Shown: one piece after another, positions 9,401 through 14,221 of the stretch
How the letters are laid out: each line of letters begins with the position of its first letter
Position numbering within the stretch: position 1 is the first letter of the stretch
Virus record (IMG/VR): IMGVR_UViG_3300025141_000033
From: an uncultured virus (IMG/VR IMGVR_UViG_3300025141_000033)
Lineage: Duplodnaviria > Heunggongvirae > Uroviricota > Caudoviricetes
Length of the DNA: 20,000 nucleotides
Reading direction: 5' to 3' (one strand)
Position numbers and translations under genes: made by a program
Notes under the pieces: generated by a model
Told to the model about the DNA's origin: nothing
Database searches by the model: none
Seen by the model: only the letters and a program-made list of their open reading frames with translations

Positions 9401-10515
9401 TGGCGTCCGATATTTTGATTCGTGCGGGCAGTTTTCCAAAAACGAAATTCATCCATAGAGCCAGAAAGCTTTCCAGCGGATACAGGAGCTGATGACCCCG
9501 ATGGGGAGGAGGCGAGAGAGCCCAAACGCCCTATCATGTTCTTCGACTTAAGTTCGTCGATTGCTGATCCGGCGAAAGTGTTAACCACATCGAGGGCGCC
9601 GTTTACGAAGGTATGCACTTGCAAATCACTTCCGGAGTTGATCAGTTTAAACGCATAATGCGAAAAGGTGCTAAGCGACCCAGATGTCGGAGAAACTCCT
9701 ACCTCTTGCTCAAAGACACCGGATGTGCCTGACTGCGCTGTTATTCTGAAGGGAGTGCCTGAGGCTGCGCCAGAGAGACTTAAAGTTATGCGACCATAAT
9801 CCGCGGAGGAGGAGATCTCGTTGTTCCAGATGTCAAAAATAACTTCTTTCTCAGTCTTTGAAACATCAAATGCTTCCTTCTTGAGCCAGAATTCAATGGT
9901 AACACCATCGTTAAGATCGGTTCTAAGATTAGAAGTTCTGGTTCCGCTGCCGTACCCTGACGGAAGCCCTGCGGAAGTGTAAATGTCCTCTTCATAGACG
10001 TTCGCTGTTGTTTTGTTTGACGAGCCGGGGTTGCCGAATAATTCGGGCAAGCCTGAGGAGCTTGTCGCTATGGTGTTCGGTCCACCAACGAAGGAAATAT
10101 ATTCTAAGTCATTTGGCAAGCCATACCCGTCAATTTGAGAGCCGTTTAAGCTCCCCCAGCCATCTGCGGAGAAGTTGGCGTAGCCATTAGTGCGAGGGTA
10201 CAAGCTATTAAATATATAGCGTTCAATACCAAGAGATTTGTTTAAATATTCGTTGTATTCTGCTTCTGAGCCATCGTAGGGATAGAATTCCTGAATTCTT
10301 GAGATTGCTTTTTCATAATATAACTTAGCTGAGCCATATTTTACAAAGTTTGCAGGATCGGAATAATCGACCTGTGGAGTATAAGTATCGTGCGATATCG
10401 CCACCTGCTCTACATTGCGCTCAGACTCTACATCACTAAAAGCATCCTTCTGATTTTTATCGGAAAGATATTTGCGTGATTTATCCGGGGATCCAAAAAG
10501 TTTCTTAATACTCAT
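454..10515 (-). CDS. Giant (3353 aa) baseplate wedge-like virion protein with LamG/concanavalin A-like domains
   Basis: Uninterrupted 10-kb ORF whose ATG overlaps the stop of the upstream gene. LamG-type motifs: TIEFWLK...HYAF...VNG...GSMDEFRFW...YYKFNEG and WIK...WKHFVFTF...YIDG...GSADEVGMWN...ALYNGG...WWRLGE. It also has a KGTEKAIRNVLRCF motif like the KGT motif of P2 gpI/T4 gp7-type wedge proteins, and it lies downstream of the gp25 and gp6 homologues. Confidence 0.8.
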   Translation of the reverse strand: MSIKKLFGSPDKSRKYLSDKNQKDAFSDVESERNVEQVAISHDTYTPQVDYSDPANFVKYGSAKLYYEKAISRIQEFYPYDGSEAEYNEYLNKSLGIERYIFNSLYPRTNGYANFSADGWGSLNGSQIDGYGLPNDLEYISFVGGPNTIATSSSGLPELFGNPGSSNKTTANVYEEDIYTSAGLPSGYGSGTRTSNLRTDLNDGVTIEFWLKKEAFDVSKTEKEVIFDIWNNEISSSADYGRITLSLSGAASGTPFRITAQSGTSGVFEQEVGVSPTSGSLSTFSHYAFKLINSGSDLQVHTFVNGALDVVNTFAGSAIDELKSKNMIGRLGSLASSPSGSSAPVSAGKLSGSMDEFRFWKTARTNQNIGRHWFTNVRGGANTDLSNASLGLYYKFNEGVVGDSNVDSVVLDYSGRLGNGGWTGYDTNSRSTSSAIVEAAASATEFKDPIIYASHPEVSSLTTLLVDQGSDYDLNNNAAFSNLAPSWVIEEHENRGNTNLTGLSHIVGSYLDKLFLQVQEVSQVKSMEYLSASSQPPSFAQHFPQSLGLQTPELFVDADVLEQFLNRNNDKVFEGDIQNIKNLIYINLYNNLAGTFKAKGTEKAIRNVLRCFYLDDSLVRLKVTADSRVYNIEDNLRQSIANKASLNFNDALQLDSVVYQSADPSNSESLGYISGSGVSGPGYEDKYGLTLEADVTLPYFTRSNDKFDRTLVTASLFGMHTADPTAPADTTWLATDYANFQVEAVRDSPYSKNVYFRLSSSNSPYPIPELTSSVFFDAYDNDRWNISVRVKPSNFGLTDMVTGSSDYNYDIVFQGYNTLSGEVNEQFTVTASIGKTTGQEFLRSPKRVYAGARRTNTTGSVINRTDALISNVKYWTKYISDSDLQQHLYDIDNAGISAANQRISPIDPNNDGSNITNLNTLALNWTFDDVTGSNPSGEFYVTDMSSGSAETRNSYGWAGGISGYQNTGKAIGFRESATQVVVKEPVSSYKFIDPENVNSSNMITLGETSAVVRDSDPSPPKYYYAFEKSMYASISEEMLKFFAGAVDFNNVIGAPVNRYRDRYKGLEKLREIFFRKVDGVSDVEKFIDYYKWFDDALSIVVAQLTPATSEFDPDMNNVVESHVLERNKYQTKFPTLEFITPEPEFPILGINEKLLNWRLNSSPSSEQQNEHSPWWRERAERAGSATISSGDSAVDQNRDAIRESSNNLNNTPSTTLTTVGGTTYEGSTFVHRKLARPYKLDVKESTALAGGTNFPEEKSFEFTYNALAPAGPVNTEGGGYVPQNVLFSFVADFVPLADSVDPADPRKKVRRIIKVNHGRDWEEGRGYSNAKSSYAYPFNIISSSVTTGYNAAVVSGLTSGVEITNLHNDVYGEDGERPMQGPFTNYAVGGHQSRHVKLNTGADNWMTRPEAWKMLIGTLDPSGALAMVGADYPWPEANAVGEVPYPMTASQKAVFYRDFTAKRPVNIKNIHHTTGSTILGNYNRNYEVVQTHGAYSNPRQFIDNQPTLPAELFQNNTTGATQARAFGDTRRTEQSHTALSEYSTGYLTGATNKTVFSSRFSAPGGIDTLGQGYRDFRASEFSVYNALNYRNLSVKKHSQGPSGSISEPTGAGTPGIRVYDIHGKDFGLRSHLARHSARFGRDSLLVTNPGTTATEYPSFHKVNRNPLKTSVYGICGSTTTLPGMTNLSGVIWPASADGANHGNVLLIENLTKRSERLFDAEYAIASGSTVAYSWQSWIKVPDDSSVRALFEIGQETGGGSTKIHQMRRGTSGEIAYELATTDGAGSDAITEWITDTDLLTGSLAWKHFVFTFTATHGTVSSSVDVDFYIDGVNYSSTPTGDSALNWFESGSAAKSNFRQHSGFNVTSPITFFGPINEFNAYEYSGSADEVGMWNVKLNDSEVLALYNGGIPCDLTGSDSPQVGNLMSWWRLGEGADALGSGAASVTASSAGNIINDIVGGAHLLPTSRRTYDLNLDFTTDVLAGCTGSEIGSVYDCVIARDVFDNFNVQHPIPRSDRQYSWFTSSLASGSDDLRYYGYSLGRGLNDGNYKTGSSYVPFFNFVTASDRFPAEFIEQPTTRLNTLTKDPVSSSANSIGYDPAIGNSSYINPALTNPVLLEDDYLNLLLTRRQSTYGWNWTATRQQDHPILMREKEDNIISVVNGDTFTRHALRPVSTRGKPVKVNIAPQLPRQDGLAMTLKISHNNEKIGFNTSVMDNQANILLDKTSTSYDQIIGVVGANTSYGLNWVSYSENLFPSLRNEYASGTVERTGFDNLYWRDTQSDRYTLGSTFSNSLAAEVSQSAWPLDAPTDFLTRTGPIVVTSPAADQDLASSASAGELQSETFSFVTSSATVTAPQRAANLFRSALYSRKHMMSSPYSVVSPNGVVVPETGSLSPFTDNGFEAASQIDIYAGEAMWEANTQAGIVVNLDSTSQFISHPSNPWFTDYDAYKHDLKLISKDSGIIPEFRISEHIEDYINYGILSSTGSESMLEIVGTDINSSQDDFYIDYSNSEFMSGFLGIKEDVSNLLKAKEIKLTCKATTRFNPYKGFYPAQRTLDLVSQFSRSYASSVGCAFAGNPSRNLFASADGHEGGWSKPLAEKLFAPGILYNTIKSGIAVDYPMISDITKKYDSYYSASSDTDNWAIDGTNFGNDYWDYRIPFETMLSPEKHLQGKQFFCEEPHPSASVPTTASWNGSDNDSIYSKMAENFFGSVGDFFLSEGTYTKIKSGIISTAMTFESGAVYGARVKMRKSNTGIRSYDYESGSAGDNTGYSFLGATQFLSSSVATTASFGTSGSYPLPQDPRQNPDFKESFTMYSRPSSFGPPCSGRGAFDAAHDDLTIAASPVDSFNGFNWSFTPPYYNGEAWADLIFRPDHTRTYTLEQIISQIETSFRRVDPGPPAGGIPLSGTLGTSVTTGSTLIRDGYAGSISRELIYAGNNVNGNAMQISASVNLFGVEDVFKTTFDEQGNPQTNTNESIGKRWVIQPKFETPMLNFNDGGIHPISEADGTLSNPQNFGSASVPRGMWHQFGVIPQEASKGIFLEVSDIPSEWLQYHYDVTDNNSMYNDNDAATNGALVYKNMKSLTAIMGFDKTPNTDPLRSLSSAPTVNSSNGASVRLGEIAESRTIKEAVVAVPYVVPSIPDGDRLAASSDSETHKKFFSIPPERWAAAQMSPSSVMGSSLDAAGASIRKLAQKMGRYVLPPQFDFLNVSSVEPVVMYMFEFEYKLDRDDLSYIWQNLAPRNYQKIEKQEQSIAHELMDMELLNEDSLFDSEQIRWMVFKVKQKANANYYDKVATQANESVGSELTPVLQAASDGSATGYDLSFNWPYDYLSIVELIKMDAEVLFSKDDEDDT
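4625..5330 (-). other. LamG/concanavalin A-like lectin domain 3 within the giant protein
   Basis: YSWQSWIKVP...WKHFVFTF...DFYIDG...YSGSADEVGMWNVKLNDSEVLALYNGG...LMSWWRLGEG...INDIVGGAHL fits the Laminin_G_3/pentraxin-like pattern seen in phage virion proteins. Boundaries are approximate. Confidence 0.8.
7730..8460 (-). other. Divergent LamG-like domain 2 within the giant protein
   Basis: GLTLEADVTLP...WNISVRVKP...ISNVKYWTKYISDSDLQQHLYD...LALNWTFDD parallels the order of motifs in domain 1 (TIEFW / HYAF / DEFRFW / YYKFNE). It is degenerate and its boundaries are approximate. Confidence 0.55.
9250..9910 (-). other. LamG/concanavalin A-like lectin domain 1 within the giant protein
   Basis: GVTIEFWLKK...FSHYAFKL...TFVNG...LSGSMDEFRFWKTART...LGLYYKFNEG...VLDYSGRLGNG. 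Boundaries are approximate. Confidence 0.8.
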
Positions 10516-12013
10516 ATGCTTCTACTCTGAACCTGAACGTTTCTTCTTGCTCTGACCAAGAGCTTATGGTATCATCATATACCGAGAAGCGGATCCCATA
10601 CTCGTAGCCGGGCTCCAATAAGGACATATCTAAATCAAAGTAGTTGCCGGAAACATCGTATGAAAGCATAGTATGCAGATCCGAACCTGTTCCGTATGGC
10701 ACTGCCTCCTGGGCATCTATGGTACGGAACACACGATAAGATGCAGATGGGATGGGCAATGCGGGAACCTGTGCTGAAGCCTTTGCGTACACTGTAGGCT
10801 GCCAATTTTTCTCTCTGGCGTACAAGTTCATTCTCGCATTTTCGGTGGCGTTATAGCGGTTCCTAAGGTTAGTAATGTTCATGTAGTAAAGCGGCTGAGC
10901 GAGAGAAGGGGTGGTTCCAAATGTCTTGGGGGTAATCGAGCCTGTAGAGTATTCGACTGAACCTGCGGCGTTACCCCATACATCGAACAGCGAGGTTAGT
11001 GGCGTGGAAGAGGCAGTGGCAGCAAAGGAAGCAGAGTAGATACCTGTTGAGAGCCAAGAGCCAGTGATGACGGCGTCTCCAGCAGACGCAACACCCCCGC
11101 CGGCCGGGAGCAATAAAGCTGAGCCTGATGGGGCAGAGTTATCTGCGCTTCCGCTATACATGCGAACATATATGTTTCCCGTTCCCACTTCAGGAATGTT
11201 AACGAGTTTGCCGCGGATATAGTTGTAAAGGTAAATGGTATTTAGATTGTCTGCAGCTGGGGCAAGCGAGCTGCTGTAGTGGAACGTGGCTCGATCATCC
11301 TTGATCGCGGAGTTCCAGCGAGCCTCGATGACCGGCTTCTTGAAGAAGTATTGGGTGCCGCGAGCGAAGAAACGTTTGGTGTAATACGAGATTGTTGCGC
11401 CATCGGGGTTGGCAGAACTTGAGGCTTCATAGCTTGAAGAGAGGAAGACTCCCACACCGTTAGAAGCGATAGTGCCGTCCACCCAGTCCTCTACCAGACT
11501 TGTAATATTGACTTCAAGATCTTCTGTTCCGTCAGCGAAAGTTTGGGCGGATACTGGTGAGGAGAGGAAGTCACCGCCTGGGACATCCCATTGTGTGCCC
11601 TTTCTGGCGTAAATCCAATCAGAGCCAATATTGCCATCGACCTTATCCCTGTACTCTTCGAGATCCAGTCCGTCTCCTTCCTCCCAAGAACTCGATACTG
11701 GCACAACTGCCAACTTGAAGTCCGCTGGGACTGTCTTAGAGCTGGGTGCAGCGTAGAGTTTCAAATAGAAATTGACACCTCCGGGAGCTGGTAGGTTACC
11801 TGCAGCACGGTCTGCAATGAGAGTGCTAACTGGGAAGTTCATCAGGATTCTTGATAGTTCCGCGGAGGAAGAGGACTGTCTTCCGTATATAGAAAAGGTC
11901 TCCACAATATCGGCGCGGCCGGTGTTAGAACCAGTAGCCCTTGTTACAAGATTAGACTCGTAGGCGTTGACGATGGTGTTGTCGGCTGAGGCTGTATACT
12001 TCTTGATAGCCAT
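10505..12013 (-). CDS. DNRLRE-like domain virion protein (502 aa), probable baseplate accessory
   Basis: The N-terminal ~230 aa show the DNRLRE-type pattern: ADNTI...N.G...SRILMNF...LKLY...VSSSWEEG...WDVPGGDF...NITSLVEDW...NG...F...PVIEARW. The C-terminal half is beta-rich. The start overlaps the gp6-like stop (TAATG), with AGGA upstream. Confidence 0.65.
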   Translation of the reverse strand: MAIKKYTASADNTIVNAYESNLVTRATGSNTGRADIVETFSIYGRQSSSSAELSRILMNFPVSTLIADRAAGNLPAPGGVNFYLKLYAAPSSKTVPADFKLAVVPVSSSWEEGDGLDLEEYRDKVDGNIGSDWIYARKGTQWDVPGGDFLSSPVSAQTFADGTEDLEVNITSLVEDWVDGTIASNGVGVFLSSSYEASSSANPDGATISYYTKRFFARGTQYFFKKPVIEARWNSAIKDDRATFHYSSSLAPAADNLNTIYLYNYIRGKLVNIPEVGTGNIYVRMYSGSADNSAPSGSALLLPAGGGVASAGDAVITGSWLSTGIYSASFAATASSTPLTSLFDVWGNAAGSVEYSTGSITPKTFGTTPSLAQPLYYMNITNLRNRYNATENARMNLYAREKNWQPTVYAKASAQVPALPIPSASYRVFRTIDAQEAVPYGTGSDLHTMLSYDVSGNYFDLDMSLLEPGYEYGIRFSVYDDTISSWSEQEETFRFRVEAYEY

Positions 12014-13809
12014 TATCTAATCTTTCCTTTAATATCAGTGGAAGGAAATTTTATCTCAATAATCGCATTCTTAGGAACGATAAGATAGCTTCCGTCTGGG
12101 GATAAGTTCGCATTGATGTCGAATGTGGCACCAGAATAGCTTTCAGATGTTTTTGATGATAGGGTCACTTTGTAGACATCTTGAACCCCTCTAACTTTCT
12201 TTAATTCTTCATAAATCTCACTGATGGAGAAGTGTTCTCCGATATAAAGGGAGGTTTCGTATGTTTTAGTTAAAGATGAGATGGCGGAATCCAAAAGAGC
12301 GAACTTATCGACGCCGGGCATAGCTCTGATTGCGAAGTCGATCCCAATATTGACGATGTATGGGTCTACAATGTCAATGGTGTCATTGACCATTCTATAC
12401 TGGTTAAGCCAAGTTTTTAAATTATTTTTAATGGTTCCATTCGTGTTGGTCAGTTTGCCTTGGGCATCCTCAGAAACGACATAAATATTCAAATTACGAT
12501 TAGCCGAGGTGGGATCCCGTTGTGCTGATACCCTTTTAACGGAACCAAATTTTGCTGGCATCCTGAGGGCGACATTTTCATAGTCTGCTTGGGTGACGGC
12601 TCGATTCTGGGTTGGGAAAGTGTCGTAAATTCTTCTTTTGATCTCGGTCGAAGAGGCGTTACTAACATCGCCCACTATGGGAGTTTCGTTAGTAACCTCA
12701 ACTGAGTTGCGGATCGTATCCACCGTGGAGGTGATCAGAGAGTTTCTATTTTTGAAATCTAAGTTTGCCCTCGAAACCTTGTTCAGACCGCCGGCGGTCA
12801 AGTTAGAGTTAATGGGATTTGTGACACGATATACTACTGTCAACGTTGTGTTTGAAGGAGAGACACCAAATGTCTTATTAGAAGATATTCTGGACGGATC
12901 GAAAGTTGTGTCGGTCACATAGTTTTTGCCAAAAATATTCATCGCAACGTTCTGTGGCTCTGCTATCACATTATCTTGAGAGTTGTCACCGCTTCCAAAT
13001 TGGAGGTATGTGAAATTTCTGTCTCTCTCAATAACAAACTTCCTAGAAACCAGGAAGGGCTTTAATATTGATGGAACATTGTCATTTTTGTAGTTATTAT
13101 TCGCTATTTCTTTAAAAACGGTATCTTGTGCAAGATAATCCACCTCAAAATATTCGTTCCCATCTGAATCAAAAACTGAGACTATTTCGGACACGTTCTT
13201 TGCGGATAACTTGATTTTCTTGAATCTCTCATAATCTCCCACTGTTACAGTCTCTTGGCTGAAGAAGCCGGAAACAACGTTGCCATATGCCTTGATGGCA
13301 TAATAAGTGGGGGCGCCGGTGCTCTCGTCGACCTGGGCAACCACAGTTGTATTCTTTGGGCTCGCGAAATCAACGTTCTCGGTCAAAACAAAGTTCAATC
13401 CCGTAGCGGATGTGAAGCGGCTGCCTCTCTTTAATACGGGGAGGTATGCTGCATCAGGTCCTATGCCGGTGGTGGAAGCCGGAATCAGTACAAATATGGC
13501 AGCTGTGCCATATGTTGAACTTCGACCAGGGTGCTTATACCCCATGATCCGACCATGACGAAGGATATTCTCTGTCTGGTACGATGTGTCAAGGAAAGTT
13601 TCATTAACATTGTAGTCCAAATAAAATGAAAGTTGATCTCCAACATAGGCGACTGCGTCTATCATCATAGAGCCGAAAGAGGCTTCACTGAAGTCTTGGA
13701 ACGTGTCTGGATACAGGCGCTCAGCCATCTCCATCAGATCTTTACGGATGCTTTTATAGTCTCTACTGGTGTATTTGATTGGGACCAGTTTCTTTTGTTC
13801 GTCGGACAT
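12013..13809 (-). CDS. Baseplate wedge subunit, T4 gp6-like / baseplate J-like (598 aa)
   Basis: Characteristic N-terminus YTSRDYKSIRKDL...YPDTFQDFSEASFGSMMIDAVAYVGDQLSFYLDYNVNETFLDT...GYK, a central YLQFGSG, and the QNRAVTQADYE motif. It directly follows a gp25-like gene and has SD GAGGGG upstream. Confidence 0.92.
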   Translation of the reverse strand: MSDEQKKLVPIKYTSRDYKSIRKDLMEMAERLYPDTFQDFSEASFGSMMIDAVAYVGDQLSFYLDYNVNETFLDTSYQTENILRHGRIMGYKHPGRSSTYGTAAIFVLIPASTTGIGPDAAYLPVLKRGSRFTSATGLNFVLTENVDFASPKNTTVVAQVDESTGAPTYYAIKAYGNVVSGFFSQETVTVGDYERFKKIKLSAKNVSEIVSVFDSDGNEYFEVDYLAQDTVFKEIANNNYKNDNVPSILKPFLVSRKFVIERDRNFTYLQFGSGDNSQDNVIAEPQNVAMNIFGKNYVTDTTFDPSRISSNKTFGVSPSNTTLTVVYRVTNPINSNLTAGGLNKVSRANLDFKNRNSLITSTVDTIRNSVEVTNETPIVGDVSNASSTEIKRRIYDTFPTQNRAVTQADYENVALRMPAKFGSVKRVSAQRDPTSANRNLNIYVVSEDAQGKLTNTNGTIKNNLKTWLNQYRMVNDTIDIVDPYIVNIGIDFAIRAMPGVDKFALLDSAISSLTKTYETSLYIGEHFSISEIYEELKKVRGVQDVYKVTLSSKTSESYSGATFDINANLSPDGSYLIVPKNAIIEIKFPSTDIKGKIR

Positions 13810-13835
13810 ATGCTCCCCTCATTCTCTAAATAGTA
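13810..13835 (-). promoter_or_regulatory. Putative promoter-like motif plus ribosome binding site for the gp6-like gene
   Basis: The minus strand reads TACTATTTAGAG-AATGAGGGGAGCAT-ATG: an AT-rich 12-mer, then GAGGGG, then the start. Confidence 0.5.
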
Positions 13836-14194
13836 AATTCGAGCAAATCTTGTATGTTTAAATCTGGAATGGAATATCGTATATAGATTGCCAAAAGATT
13901 GTTATCAATGCCATCGGTGCCAAATTTTATTTCAAGAATCTGAACTATCGGCAAGTACGCTCTCACCTGTTCTCTGATTTTAGTGTCTATTTCGGCATAC
14001 ACTCCGGTGCCAGCGTTTTCAAATAAAAACTTTTTAATTCCAACGCCAAATTTAGGGTGCATTACCCTTTCGCCAGGAACGGTCAAAATGAGCATCTTAA
14101 GATTTTGACGCACCAGTACCTTCAAACCTTTAATGGTAGTGTAACCATCAGACGAATCAAATGTCAACGGGAGTCTTATCGCTAATGATGCCAT
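13826..14194 (-). CDS. GPW/gp25 family baseplate wedge (sheath initiator) protein (122 aa)
   Basis: VRQNLKMLILTVPGERVMHPKFGVGIKKFLFE...IREQVRAYLPIVQI matches the gp25 signature (T.PGER...P.FG..L...LFE). Size is typical and SD GAGGT lies upstream. Confidence 0.93.
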   Translation of the reverse strand: MASLAIRLPLTFDSSDGYTTIKGLKVLVRQNLKMLILTVPGERVMHPKFGVGIKKFLFENAGTGVYAEIDTKIREQVRAYLPIVQILEIKFGTDGIDNNLLAIYIRYSIPDLNIQDLLEFTI

Positions 14195-14220
14195 ACTTCT
14201 TTACCTCACTATAACTATTA
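14195..14220 (-). promoter_or_regulatory. Putative promoter-like motif plus ribosome binding site for the gp25-like gene
   Basis: The minus strand reads TAATAGTTATAG-TGAGGTAAAGAAGT-ATG: an AT-rich 12-mer, then GAGGT, then the start. Confidence 0.55.
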
Positions 14221-14221
14221 C

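Noticed and set aside
454..14194. Extracellular contractile injection system, tailocin or T6SS interpretation
   Set aside because: The wedge protein has the T4 gp6-type N-terminus, no Afp/Tss-specific genes or host genes are present, and the dense giant-gene layout fits a large phage better. It cannot be fully excluded without capsid or terminase genes in view.
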